A stretch of DNA of 64,000 nt, from NCBI GenBank assembly GCA_050084985.1, contig JBITNC010000001.1, positions 67,270,001 through 67,334,000 of the forward strand, in the 5' to 3' direction. Each line of letters begins with the position of its first letter. Positions within the stretch are counted from its first letter, which is position 1. The notes beneath the pieces are model-generated. The model was not told the DNA's origin. It saw only the letters and a list, made by a program, of their open reading frames with translations, and searched no databases. Source of the DNA: Nageia nagi (Eukaryota; Plantae; Pinophyta). The translations under genes and the position numbers were made by a program. Shown in pieces: positions 1-13,864 of this stretch.

Positions 1-128
1 CAAGTTATTCATGTAGAATGAACTTACCACAAAGGTATACAACAAAATCAACACTATATAGCACAAAATCCATCCAAGGGTGAAGTTATCATCATAAACA
101 CAAATTCAACACAATAATTCAAACTTTA

Positions 129-3100
129 CTCCCCCTTGAGGGCAACTTCACCAACCTAATAGCATCCCTAAGCTTACAAAACTATGCTTCTAGGAGGGGC
201 TTGGTGAATAAATAAGTAGAGTTCAAGGTGGATGGACAATACTCCAAGTGTATGATGCCATCAAGAACCTTCTCTCTGATAGATTTCCATATGTTTTGTT
301 CTCTGATGGAACATAAGATTATTATCCAAAGAGATCATCGATTGATTGCTTGAAAAAATTAAAGATGAGTCACCTTGCTTATACTTAATTACTTTCAAAA
401 TATGCCTTAGCCAAATGGCTTCTTGGGTTGCAATAGACATGGCATGATATTCATCTTCAATGGTGGAAAGAGAAATAGTAGGTTGCTTCTTAAAAGCCCA
501 AAAGATAGCACTTGAATCAATGCTAAACACATATTTAGAGATTGATTTCTTATCATCTCTATCTCATCCATAGTTAGAATTAGAGAATATAGAAAGAACA
601 AATGAGGGTAACTTAGAATACTTAAGAACAAGATCCTTAGTCTTTGCAACATTGAATACTTCAATTTGCTTAACAACATTAAGGTGTTCAACATATGGTT
701 TCTGCATGAATCATGCCATTGGATTCATTGGAAAGGTAATTCTTGCTTAAAAATAGTCAAATACAAAAGACTAACAATTAATTGCTTATAAACTATAGCA
801 TCAGCTAACTGAGAGTTGGAGCTCAGAGAAATAATGATTCTAGAAGAAACTAGGATCATAGAATATCTACACTCTATTCCAAACTTTTTCAAAATGTCTG
901 ATATATACTTAAATTGATTAAGATAAGTACAATCCTTGTATTGATACACTTATATTCCAAGATAATAGTGTAAGAGATCAAGATCAATCATTTAAAATGT
1001 TGCCTTAAATTTGGATATGCACTCTTGAATGATTTCATCATTATTCCCACTAATCAAAAGATCATCCACATAAAGGAGAATCAAGAACATGTCTTTTCCT
1101 TGAGTGAGCATATATAAATTGAAGTCTAAAAAGCACTTGAAGAAACCAATGTCTATAAAGTATTTTGAAATCTTCTTATACCAAGCCCTGTGTGTTTGCT
1201 TAGATCCATACAATGACTTCTTTAGCATACACACAAAGGACTCTTTGCCTTCCATAATGAATCCTTCTAGTTGATTTATAAAGATTTCTACACCTAAGTC
1301 ACCATTGAGAAATTTATTTTTGACATCAAGTTGAAAAACTTTCCATCTTTGAGCTGCAAAAAGAGAAAAGATATTTATCATAGTAAGCATCTTTATCATA
1401 GGAGCAAAGGTTTCCTCATAATCTACACTGTATTTCTAAGCAAAATGTTTGGCTACTAACCTTGCTTTGTATTTCTCAATATTACCAATAAAATTAAACT
1501 TAACCTTGCAGATCCACTCATTGCCAATCACATTCTTCTCATTAGGATAAGAGACCAAATCTTAAGTTTTATTTTTCATAAGCATCTCATACTCCACTTT
1601 CATGGCTTCCATCTAGCACTAGTGCTTAGAAGCTTTTTTGAAGGTTGAGAGCTCATGCTTGTTGTCAATCTTGAAAAATAAGGATTTATTCAAGGTCATG
1701 CTCCTTGTTACCCTTTGAGTTGGAAAATTTTAATCTTAAGGTGACTTGTCAACATCAATATTTAACTAGCTAGGTGTAACTTTAGAGTCCTATAGATCAT
1801 TAATATCCTCATTAGAAGTAGATTCTTCAGAAAGTTCATTGAACTTTACATCCCTTGAAATGAACATTATTTTATAGGATGGAGAGTAGAGCCTGTAGCC
1901 TCTATGCTGATTGTCATAACCCATAAAGATGCATTTTTTAACTCTTTTATCTAACTTTTTTCTTTTCTCAAAAATAATGTAGGAGAATGCTTCATAACCA
2001 AACAACCCAAGGTGAAAAATGTTAGGTTTTCTTCTTGACCATGATTTAAAAGAAGTTTTACTTTAAACAATTTTTATGGGACACCTATTTAAGATGTAAA
2101 TGGCAGTGCTCATAGCTTCACCTCTTAAAAAATTAGGAAGATTACCTAGCATGTCTCTAGCCATCTCCATAATTATCTTATTTTTCTTTTTGGTAACACC
2201 ATTCTGCTGAAGAGTGTAAAGAATCATAAACTACCTTTTGATTCCATACTTAGTGCAATAGACATTGAACTCATTGTTATTGTATTCTTCCCCATTATCT
2301 AATCTCAACATCTTAATTTTAAGGTTAGTTTGATTTTTAACAAAGGTCTTAAAAACCTTAAAACTCACAAAGGTTTGATCTTTATGCTCAAGTAGATACC
2401 CAAAGGTTATTCTACTAAAATCATCAATAAAGGTCAAGATATAAGATGCTCCTCCAAGTGACTTAGTCTTAAATGGACCCATCGAATTTGAATGCATAAG
2501 TTGAAGAGGTTGAGATGCTCTTATTGCCTTATCTTTTTCAAACTTTTGCCTATGCATCTTACCAAGGATGCACTTCTCATGTAGACCAATCAAAGGAGAA
2601 ATTAAAGGTAAACCTTCCATAAGTTCTTGGTATTTTATGACTTGAATACTCTTATGGTTAAGATGTCGTACATGTTGATGCCAAAGATTGCCTCTAGAAC
2701 ACACATTTGTAGCAAGACACATCTTTGTTGGAACTTGATCCATAATGTAAAGATCATATTTTATTGACCCTTTAACCAACATGGCAAGTCCTTTTTTCAT
2801 GCACCAATATTGAAAGTCAAACTCAAAAGAGAACCTTTTTCTAGCAACTTCGATCAGGGAGAGAAGGTTCATCTTAAGCTTAGGAACATAGAGCACATTT
2901 TCAAGAACCTTCCCATGAATCAACACACTTTCAATTCTTTGGACTTCAAAGGTAGACTTATCACCTATCATAATAATATCTTTTCTATACTTGTAAAAGT
3001 TTTCAAACTTTTCCTTTTCAAAGCATAGGTGATTAGTGCAACTAGAGTCAACAATCTAATTAAATGAAAAAATATGAGATATGGAGTAGAGCGTTGTAGC

Positions 3101-4047
3101 AAAATCAGCTTGAATATTCTTCTTTCTTTTAAAATTCTTTACATTTCCATTCCTTTTATTCTTTTATTTTCTTTGTTTGTAGCAATCAAATTCTTTATGA
3201 CCTTGGATACCATAATATTTATAATTACCATCAATCTTTTTCTTAGGATATGGATTGTTTATTTTACCTTTTCTATCTCTTTGCTTGAAATGATTGTTGT
3301 TGCCATTATTCCTGTTGCTGTTGTTGTTGTTTCTATTGTTGTCATTATCTCTTTTCTCAAATATTTTGGAGGAATAAGAATAAGATTTCTTTTTATGGTT
3401 GAACTTCTCCTTTAAAGGAGTTTTGGTTGCTCCTAAAGCAACATAATTGTCCTTTGAAGAAGAAATCAACATATTTTTGTTATAGGTTTCCTCATGCTTC
3501 AAAAGGAGCCTAGAAAGGTTCTCAAGGGAGAAGATTTTTTCTTAATCATCAAACCTTGTTTCCATAATTATTATAAATTTTTCAAACTTTGAAGAAAGGC
3601 TTTAAAGAATGATGAAGACCATGAACTCATCATTGATTCAATTGCACCCATAAGTAACAAGTTGGGTCCTTAGGTTAATGATTTTGTTCAAGTAGATGGT
3701 AACATTTTCATCTTCCCCTTGATTAGATTGAAGCAACTTTTGAAGACTGGTAAACCTTCTTGAAAACTTTGAATTAAGGTAGATTTTATTAAACTTATCC
3801 CAAGCTTCCTTTGCTAAGGTTGAAGAGAAAATCATTAAGAGCACATCATCTGAAATTGCACAAAAAATCATATAGGTTACCAACTCATTCTTCATCTCAT
3901 GGTTCTTCACCTCATCTTCTTCATGAGTGCTTTAGAGGTCTTTGAGTTGAACCTTACTAAGAACCAACTCTCTAAAATTATCCCGTAGATAGTACAAAAT
4001 CTTCAAAGCCTACAATTCCTAGACTTGAACAACAATCTTTGATGCCA
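129..4047 (-). mobile_element. Degenerate Ty1/copia LTR retrotransposon internal region (gag-PR-INT-RT-RNaseH), copy A
   Basis: Minus-strand ORF pieces in copia order: gag (3164-3910, zinc-knuckle-like remnant ...GHKEFDCY), integrase (2231-2971, WHQHVRHLN, CILGKMHR, TFIDDFSR), RT (992-1399, FQLDVKNKFLNG, LLYVDDLL), RNaseH (261-530, SLSTIEDEY, FHQRTKH). PPT-like TCAAGGGGGAG at 129-139(-); degenerate PBS-like TGGCATCAAAGA at 4036-4047(-). Many stops and frameshifts. Confidence 0.95.
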
Positions 4048-4906
4048 AATTTGTTGGGGTCGATGCAAAACCTAACATTCCTGTACCTTTCGAAGAATAT
4101 TTTTCACTGGCCCAATACCAGCGATGTTAGGAAATCTTTTTGATGTTTGAACTTTCTCCCTTGCTCAGAATAAGCTCACCAAGAAAACCCATTCCTTGCT
4201 TAATCACCTTCTTTGGCACCCACCATGGCATTAAATCCCACTCGTAGAACCCACACAGCCACCTCCTATGCAATGCCTTCTCTATTTTTTCTCTTACCTA
4301 GGCATTAAAAAGTGGGGGTCACATTTAATATTGTTTGTTGATGCATTCAATTTAATTTTTTACTTGCAAGCCACTTAGAAGCAACGTATACTATTTTTTA
4401 AGCATTTAATTCATTTTTACTTACTTGCAAGTAACCTTTTTTTAAATGCTCTTAGCAACTCTTATACTCCACATTTTTAAAGCTTTGTCATTATTGGCAT
4501 TAGTACATTACTTTAGAGTAAAAAGATGGTAAAAAATGCATCATTATTATTAAATGCATTATTTAAATTTTTTTTGAGTATAATTTTTTTTTCCTTATTA
4601 AAACAAAAAGAGGGGAAGAGGCAACACTACTTCTTTAATGCTATTAAGGAAAATTGTAGTGTATTTACTTAAATTAGAATGGATTTATACTTAGAATTTT
4701 AGTATGCAAAATATTTTTCAAGGGTAAAGCATTAAGTTAATCTAAGTATGCTATCTTTAAAGGTACAATTTTAAGGAAAAAGGGAGAATATTTAATGAAT
4801 ATTTTTTTACTTAAAATTCTTTTGTGCAAATGTTAAAATAATACATTCTTATCACTTAGAATTATTATTTTTTGGATGCCTCTGAAGTATTTACTTAAAA
4901 AACAAA

Positions 4907-5105
4907 TTCCTTATGCAAAGTTATAAATGGACTTGTGCAAACTATGGAAATGATGCATGTTTCTTCCTTATGCAAAATTAACTTGTACAAACTACGAAAA
5001 TGATGCATGTTTATTCGTTATGCAAATTTATAAATGGACTTGTGCAAACTATGAAAATGATGCATGTTTATGCAAGTTATGAATGAACTTGGGCAAAATA
5101 TGGAA
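4907..5105. repeat. Tandem repeat, ~3.5 copies of a 50-57 bp unit
   Basis: Repeated TTATGCAAA..ACTTGTGCAAACTATGAAAATGATGCATGTTT unit visible directly. Confidence 0.85.
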
Positions 5106-5919
5106 TTATTTTAAGATGTCCTTTAGGGGTTAGTAAACAAAACCCATTGGATTCTTAGGTTTTAAATTACAAATGGATGATTTTTTCACTTATGCTCTTT
5201 TACTTCATGTTTTGCATTTTGATTTATTTGCTTATGCAATCAAAATGCAAACATTGATATGAACAACCCCCTAAAATGAACACATCTACATGTACATTTT
5301 GCAACATGACTTGTTTGGGGATCCATGAGGTGAAGATAGGTGAACTAGAGCCTTTAAGTTTGATGATCCAATTGGTGAAAAATTTGTACTTTTCAATTGC
5401 CCCCAAGTCCTCTGTTGGTCTAGACATAACTCTATTAGGTGGATACGTATGTGTGTAGTGATACCACATATCCACATGTCCATTCAAATATTATCCTGAT
5501 AACTTAGGAGGAAAACTTGAAACCTAATCAAGATTAACAATTTGGTCGATCCAATAAATATCGAAACCTTAGAAAATAACTAGTACTTCTCCTTGTGAGA
5601 GTATATTGCTATCCAAGGGGAACTAGTTGACAATTGGTAGGAGCTAGGCTCTTTTTGTGTGGGAATTCAAGTGAAGGCCCAATTTTAGATAAAAAAAACA
5701 AGCCTCAACAATGTCACTCTATATCTACAATTCTTGAGATGAGAAATGTATTTCGGTACATGGGTTATTATTTGAAATGTAAAACATTTGTATTTGTGAA
5801 TCAAATCAAGTATATCTTTAGTGTTAAATATAACATGTATTATTTACTTAGTTAAAACTTAACATTTAATGTTATTTATTTAAATTATATACTTATTATT
5901 TCACATTCTTGTGTATCAA

Positions 5920-8900
5920 ATGGGAGAATAGTTTTTACCCAAACACATTCTTGATGGTTTCAACTATGGGATTTGGAAACCATGGATGAGAGCTGAATTG
6001 TAAATAAGAAAGTTTTTGTAAATAGTGAATAAAAATCTTGTACCTTCTACATATGAGAAGCCACTAAAGGTTTACAATACAAAGAATGAGTTAGCAACCT
6101 CCATGATTTATTGTGCAATTTTAGATAATATGCTTTTGATGATTTCCTCTTCAACCTTGATAAAAAAAGTATGGGATAAGCTTAAGCAAATCTACCTTGG
6201 TTCAAACTTTTTAAGAAGGTTTACCATTCTCCAAAAGTTGCTTTAATCTTATCAAAGAAAAGATGAAAATATGGCTATCTACTTGAATAAAATTATTGAT
6301 CTAAAGACTCAACTTGTTGCTTGTGGGTGCAAGTGGATCAATGATGAGTTCATGATCTTCATCATCCTTTAAAGCTTTTCTTCAAAATTTGAAAACTTTG
6401 TAATAGTTATGGAAACAAGGCTTGATGATGAAGAAGTTTTCTCCCTTCAGAACCTTTCTAGGCATTTATTGAAGCATGAAGAAACTTTTAATAATAAAGT
6501 GTTGATTTCTTCTCCTAAAGATAATAACATTACTTTTGGAGCAACTAAAACCCCTTTTAAGAAGAAGTTAAACCATCAAAAGAAATCTTATCCTTCTTCC
6601 TCTAAGAGGTTTGAGAAAAGAGGTAATGGCTACAATACTAGCAAGAATAACAAGAATAATAACCATAACAATAAGAATAATGACAAAAATAACCATTTTA
6701 AGCAAAGAGATGAAAAGGCAAAGTAAACAATCCTTATCCTAAAGAAAAGTTTGATGGTAATTGTAACTATTATGGTATTTAAGGTTACAAAGAAGTTGAT
6801 TGCTACAAAAAGAAAAGAGAAAAAAAGTAATAAAAATGCAAAAAACTATAAAGGAAAGAAGAATATTCATCTTGGTTTTGTTACAACATTCTACTCCATG
6901 TCTTACTTTTTTTATCTGATTGGATTGTTGATTCTTGTTGCACTAATCACCTTTACTTTAAAAAGAAAAAAGTTTGAAAATTTTCACAAGTATAAAAAAG
7001 ATATAGTTGTGATAGATGATAACTCTACACTTCAAGTCCAAGGAATTGGGAGTGTGTTTATTCACGAAAAGGTTTTTGACAATGTGCTTTATATTCCTAA
7101 GCTTAGGATGAACCTCCTCTTCATGATCTAAGTTACTAGAAAAGGGTACTCTTTTGAGTTTGACTCTTAATATTGATGCATTAAGAAAGAACTTACCACT
7201 TTGGTTAAAGGATTTGTGAAAGATAACCTCTACATTATGGATCAAATTCCATCAAAGATGTGTCTTGCTTCTAGTGTGTATTCTAGAGGCAATCTTTGGC
7301 ATCATCATTTAGGGCACCTTAACTATAAGAGTATTCAAGTCATGAAAGATTAAAAATCTTATGGAAGGTTTTCCTTCAATTTCTTTTTTGATTAGTCTAT
7401 GTGAGAAGTGCATTCTTGGCAAGATGCATAGACAAAAGTTTGAAAAAGATAAGGCAACAAGAGCATCTCAACCTTTTCAACTAGTGCATTCATATTTGAT
7501 TGATCCATTTTAGACTAAGTTGCTTGGAGAAGCATCTTATGTCTTAACCTTCATTGATGACTTTAATAAGATGAACTTTGGGTATCTACTTGAGCACAAG
7601 GATCAAATGTTTGAAAGTTTGAAAGTTTTTAAAGCCTTTGTTAAGAATCAAACTAACATCAAAATTAAGATGTTAAGATCAGATAATTGGAGAGAATTGA
7701 ATAGCAATGAATTCAATGACTATTATGCTAAGTATGAAATCAAAAGGTAGTTTACAATTCCATACACTCCTTAGCAAAATGGTTTTGTTGAAAGAAAAAA
7801 TAGAATAATTATGGAGATGGCTAGATGCATGTTGGGTATTATTTCTAAATTCTTATGGGGTGAAGTTATGAGCACTGCTATTTACACCTTGAATATGTGT
7901 TTCACAAAAGCCATTCAAATTCAAACTCCTTTTGAGGCAAAGGTTAGAAGAAAACCTAACATTATTCACCTTAGGATGTTTAGTTGTGAAACATTATTTT
8001 ACATTATTTTTGAGAAAAGAAAAAAGTTAGATAAAAGAGCTAAAAAAGTATCTTTATGGGTTATGATAGTTAGCATAGAGGTTACAGGCCCTACTTTCCA
8101 ACCTATAAAGAAATGTTCATTTCAAGAGATGTAAAGTTCAATGAAATTTCTAAAACATTTACTTCTAATGAGGATGTTGATGATCCAAAGGACTCTTTAG
8201 TTGCTTCTAGCTAGTTGGATATTGATGTAGATAATTCACCTCAGGAACAAAATTCTCCAATTCAAAGGGTAACAAGGAGCATGACCTTGAATAAATATTT
8301 AATTACCAAGATTAACAACAAGCATAAGCCCTCAACCTATAAAGAAGCTTCTAAGCATGAGTGCTAGATGGAATCCATGAAAGTGGAGTATGAGGTGTTT
8401 ATGAAAAATAAAACTTGAGACTTGGTTTCTTATCCTAATAAAAAGAATGTGATTGGTAATAAATGGATCTATAAGATCAAGTTTAATTCAATTAGAGATA
8501 TTAAGAAATACAAGGCAAGGTTAGTAGCTAAAGGCTTTGCTCAAAAATGCAATGTAGATTATGAGGAAACCTTTGCTCCTATGGCAAAGATGTCTAATGT
8601 GAGAGTTATCCTTACTCTTTCTACAGCTCAAAGATGAATATTTTTTCAACTTAACATCAAGAATGCATTTATCAATGGTGACTTAGATGTGACAATCTTT
8701 ATGAATCAACTAGAAGGGTTTATTGTGGAAGGTAAAGAATCCTTTGTGTGCAAGCTAAAAAAGTCATTGTATGGACTTAAGCAAGCACTTTGAGCTTGGT
8801 ATAAAAAGATTTCATGGTACTTTACAGATATTAATTTCTCCAAGTATTTTTTGACTCCAATCTATATGTGCTCAATCAAAGAAAAGATGTGGTATTGATT

Positions 8901-9052
8901 CTTTTTTATGTGGATGATCTTTTGATTACTGAAAATAATAACAAAATTATTCAAGAGTGCATATCCAAACTTAAGGCAACATTTGAAATGACTAATCTTG
9001 GTCTCTTGCACTACTATATTGTAATGCAAGTGTATCAATACAAGAATTGTAC
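5920..9052 (+). mobile_element. Degenerate Ty1/copia internal region, copy B (same family as copy A), truncated in RT
   Basis: gag (6025-6726), protease-like WIVDSCCTNH (~6920-6950), integrase (7520-8134), RT (8422-9052; KWIYKIK, YKARLVAKGF, FYVDDLL). Collinear reverse-complement homology to ~925-3897; breaks off after YQYKNCT. Confidence 0.95.
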
Positions 9053-9160
9053 TTGGAGGAGAACTCTCATCTCCATTGTATCTATTTGAAGGAGAACTCT
9101 CTTACTTTCTCTTCTTCTTCTCTCTTACTCGCTCTATCCCAATATTGCATTAAGAGGGAG

Positions 9161-9658
9161 TGTTGGAATGTATAATGCATTATTATAAAAATTTGTATAA
9201 ATCTTCTATGTAAGTTCACTAATACTTAAGGGTATCATTTTATATCTTAAGTATTTAAGTGAATATGATAATGTAACTTATCCTTCACTCCATGTCATGA
9301 GCATGCCCCTTGGGTAAAAGGATGTGCATGTCATGCTTTTGTACATTAGATAAAAGGGTGATCCAAAGAGAGATTTTGGCCTATAAATAGAAGGATCCTT
9401 ATTTGTGATCATACACCAATTTGTGGAGTAAAGTTATACTATAGGATAGTGTTTAGAAGAAAAATTTAAGAGGATTGTAAGAGTTCATATTGGTGAATGA
9501 AGTGAGATCTAGTTAGTAGATGTACTCCTAGTTGAAGGAACCACTTACATCTTATGTTATGTTGTGAGATTGCTTTATGAGTCATTTAGATGTTATTTGT
9601 GAGCTTTCATGTGATCTTAGGAGTTTATAATTATTTAGTTTATAGTTCAATTCTCTCA
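9161..9658 (+). mobile_element. 3' LTR (TG...CA) preceded by a polypurine tract
   Basis: PPT AAGAGGGAG 9152-9160, then TGTTGGAATG...TTCTCTCA; internal CTATAAATAG; homologous over its full length to the reverse complement of 10420-10911. Confidence 0.9.
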
Positions 9659-10405
9659 CTAAGGTAGTTGTAAAGGGTTTAGCTGGGGTGGGGGAAGGTC
9701 AAAACTAGAAGCGACATTCAGGTTGCAAGATCTAATGGTGAGGGAGGAGCGATAGAGGCCATAAAGGCGCTAATAGTGGAGCAAAAGTGGTTACAAGGAG
9801 GCAGAGGCCAGCGGTTAGGTCGAAATATTGGTAGGTGACTACCATAGGAAAATATTTCATCATTAATAAAATACTTGTATATATATTTTAATAAAAGTAT
9901 ATTTGAATTATTTTATTTAAAAAAATACCCCTCCCCCTTACACACACATATATAGCTATATATATATATTAAAAAATAACTAAATACTAGTTCTATAACA
10001 ATCTTTTTAATTTACAAGATTATAGTAACATAGAGATTAGTATATAAATTTTGCTAGTTCTAAGTATATTAAAAAAAATGAACTAACATATAGCAGTAGA
10101 AATTAGTGTTAATATTACATAGACTTGTATACTATCTTCTATTTTAAATATAAAATAGCAATTTTTGAAAGAAAAAAATTGCAAGTAACATTGGAGGTTA
10201 GTATAAAAAATAATGTGCTAGCCATGTTTTGCTTAAAAAAAAGGAACTAACACATAGCAACTAATATGTTAGTAGCATAATGCATTAATCCAAAAAAAAT
10301 AAAGGAATGATGTTTATACCTTCACAATACTTTTACCTCAACAAGGATTTAGATAGACCTCTAAGATGATGAGTCTCTAAGGATGTGAATAAGAGCCTTT
10401 AAGGT

Positions 10406-10911
10406 GCTCTGATACCAAATGAGAGAGTTGAACTATAGACTAAACAAGTCTAAACTTCTAAGATCACATGTAAGCTCACAAATCACATCTAACTAACTCA
10501 CAAAGCAATCTCACAAAGATAACTCAAGATGTAAGTGGTTCCTCCAACTAGGAGTACATCCACTAACTAGATCTTTATTCACATATATGAACTCCTACAA
10601 TACTCCTAAACTTTTCTCTTAAACACTATTCACTAACATAACTTTACTCCAAAAATTGGTATATGATCCAAAGAGGGAGCATTCTATTTATAGGCCAAAA
10701 TTTTCTTTAGATCACCCTTTTACCCAATGTACAAAAGCGTGACATGCACATCCTTTACCCAAGGGGCATGCTCATGATATGGAGTGTAGGATAAGTTACA
10801 TTATCATATTCACTTAAATACTTAAGGTATTAAATGATACCCTTAAGTATTAGTGAATTTACAAAGAGGATTAATGCAAACCTTTAATATAATGCATTAT
10901 ACATTCCGACA
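10406..10911 (-). mobile_element. 5' LTR (10420-10911) with tRNA-iMet PBS
   Basis: Minus strand TGTCGGAATG...CTCTCTCA followed by TT and a perfect TGGTATCAGAGC PBS at 10406-10417; internal sequence lost after ~100 bp. Confidence 0.92.
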
Positions 10912-10989
10912 GGGAATTTTAGTGAATTTTATCATACACAATAGGATGCATATAATGAGGATAATTCAAATATTATAGGTTTGGATGCC

Positions 10990-11820
10990 CTTCCTTCTTT
11001 ACTAAAAAAGAAGGTGAATTCTCATTTATAACTAAAGAGCTAGTAGATGTTAATATTGGGACTACAGATTAACCTAGAATGGTCAAAATTGGAGCAAGCT
11101 TCAAGGGGAGAGAAAAAGAATGTTACAATAAATTATTCCTTAGATTTATTACATTTATTAATTGATCTTACAATAGTATGCCTATTTTAGATCCTACTTT
11201 TGTTATGCATAGCTTGCCACTTTAAAAAGATGTAAAATTGGTAAAATAAAAAATAAAAAAATGCATCCTTCAAAAGCATTGTTGGTAAAAAGGAGTTGGA
11301 AAAATACTTAAATGCAAGGTTCATTAGGCCTATTGACTACTCTGACTGGATGTCCAACATTGTTCTAATTAACAAGCCTAATGGAGAAGTTAGAACATGC
11401 ATTGATTTTAGAGACATAAATAATGCATGCCACAAGGATGAATTTCCAATTGCTAGATATTGATATGATTGTCGATAGTATAGAAGGTCATGAAACTTTA
11501 TCATTTATGGATGGTTTTTCAGGCTATAATTGAATTTTAATTAATTTAGTAGATCATCTTAAAATAACCTTTGATACCCCATGGGGAAACTTTTGTTGGA
11601 AGGTAATGCCATTTGGTCTATAAAATGTGGGAGCCACATATCAACGTAACATGTTAACCATACTACATGGTTTCATTTAGAAATTTATGGAGGTTTATGT
11701 TGATGATATTTTGATAAAGTTTAGATAATAAAAAAATCATTTAGCATAGCTAAAAGAAGTTTTAACATCTTAAAGAAATACATTATAAGACTCAAACTAC
11801 AAAAATGTGAATTTCAAGTC
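10990..11820 (+). mobile_element. Ty3/gypsy (Tat-like) reverse transcriptase fragment
   Basis: Degenerate translation YSDWMSNIV..KPNGEVRTCIDFRDINNAC..LSFMDGFSGYN..VMPFGL..EVYVDDIL. Confidence 0.85.
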
Positions 11821-12220
11821 AAAGCTCCCTATCCTAATTGTAGAATTATGTCATCCAGATGGTGGAGAAAAAGCTTGCTTACTAGCTCATCAAGAAACTT
11901 TCCCTAACTAGTAAGTTCTAGACCTTTTTGAAAGTATTGGCTATAATTCATGTATATTATTCTTCATGCTAGATCTCATATAAAGAAAACTACCTAAAAT
12001 TAGAAAATCTCCTTCGAGATTTTCTCTAAGCTAATGATTCTCATATAAAGGGATTCCATGAAGTAGGTTGGGAGATTTTTTGTCTCCTTAAGCTCTCTAG
12101 AGGCATAGATATTCTTAATTACAAATGCCAAGGGTTCCCTCGCTATGCTAAATGGGTCATCAATGCACTTACTGATGATGAGGCCTAAAACATTCTTATG
12201 AGATATTATGTTACAATAGG

Positions 12221-13325
12221 CACTACTACCAAAAGGCCTTTTAGTGTTAGAACGGGTGTTAGGGTAGTGAAAAATAATTTCTTGATACCATTAGCATTAG
12301 TATTCATCAATATGGCATCATACATCGATTTTAGCCATTTTTTAATGATCTAATGCTAGAGATGATACTATAAGTGTTGCTAAATCTAATGCCAACTATT
12401 GATAGAACTCTTTTTATGGTTAATACCAATTATTCCTAAAATTGATGTTGGATCCAATGCTAGGGATAATGTTATAGTTGACGTAAAATAATATCATCCC
12501 TAGGGTTAAGAGATAATAGAAATAAGAAAATGAGCACACGAATAATTAAGAATCATATATCAATTATCCAAAATTTAACATAATCGAAGGACTATGACTT
12601 CTTCGAAGACACTTTAAAAAGTGAATGTCTGTTACATGTTGTGGTTGTGAATGCCATGGTATACTTGTATACAAAATATAGAGATATAGATTTTTTTATT
12701 GAGTAGATGCATTTTCATGGCTTGCAATGGTAAACACAAAATTATTCTTATGTATGATTCTTGTGTGGTGCTACGAATTGTCAAGTGTTAAGCCAAACTT
12801 TAGAATCCTATGTGATGTTGTAAATCGATTCAAAGAACACATCAATTGGGACAATTCCAATTAGATACTCTATTTAGGAAAACTCAGACTTTTAAATAAA
12901 ATACAATTACCAAGTCTATAAGCTTTCCCATCATCCTCAAAGCATGCACCAAACTAGGAGATTTGTAAAAGGGTTTATACATACATCAAAGACTCTTTAA
13001 AAGAGGATTTCTATTAGATGTGGTTGTGAATTCCTTGGTAGACATATACAAAATTTGGCAATGTAGAGAGGCACATGAATTATTTGACAAGATGCATGAT
13101 GCAAACATAATTTCATGGATTGAAATGATCATAGGATATGCATAATCTAATACCACATATTATACTAAATATGATACCACATATGATGTTGATGCCAAAT
13201 TTTATGCCATTATTGATGTTCACAATAGCATCATCTATGACATTAGGATACAAAGTAAAATTTTAAAAAAAGTACACTATGTTTTGATGCATGCACTAAC
13301 TTGAAATGCATTAAATCTAGTAGGG
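12221..13325 (+). mobile_element. Non-autonomous CACTA element carrying PPR gene fragments (Pack-CACTA), copy 1
   Basis: Left end CACTACTACCAAAAG, right end CTAGTAGGG (TAGTAGTG in the duplicate), TSD AGG/AGG (12218-12220, 13326-13328); the LINE reading frame is rejoined when it is removed. Confidence 0.88.
12610..13145 (+). pseudogene. Captured PLS-class PPR gene fragments
   Basis: VVVVNAMVYLYTKYRDID at ~12640-12690 and SFPIILKACTKLGDL*KGLYIHQ...GFLLDVVVNSLVD...AHELFDKMHDANIISWIEMIIGYA at 12909-13145 (frameshifted). Confidence 0.85.
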
Positions 13326-13864
13326 AGGGATTCCATTAGGTAGTAAGGCTTAGAGAGGTATCAACTTTACCTCTCTTCTTGTGGCATTAATTCCCATTAA
13401 AATCATAGGCTCCTTCATCATGAAAAGTAGCTAGGGTGCATGGATTCATGCTTTGTATTTCTCTAGATGATGTATTAAATCCATCTTGAACTTCTTATCT
13501 CATTAAACCAAATATTGGCTCCCTTTGATAAAATTTAGGCTCATGGAGACCTATGATACCATAATTGAAAGTGTACCTAATCATATATGATTCATATATA
13601 TTACTCTTCATGTTAGACCTCATCCAAAGAAAACTACCTGAAATTATAAAATCTCCTTCAAGATTTTCTCTCAACCATTGATTCTCATATAATGGGATTC
13701 CACAGAGTAGCTTGGGAAATCTATTATCTCCTTCAACTCTTTAGAGGTATGGGTATTCTTGATTACAAATTCCAAGGCTTCCCCCTATATGCTAAATGGA
13801 TCATCAAAGTGCTCATGCACAATGAGGCCTACAAAATTCTCATGAGATATTACATTATAATAGA

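Noticed and set aside
2810-3415. Hydrophobic plus-strand ORFs (similarly 6958-7245, 38565-38942 and other short ORFs)
   Set aside because: Antisense shadows of retroelement coding or low-complexity sequence.
5610-5680. Possible tRNA-derived SINE head
   Set aside because: No convincing A/B boxes, cloverleaf, tail or TSD.
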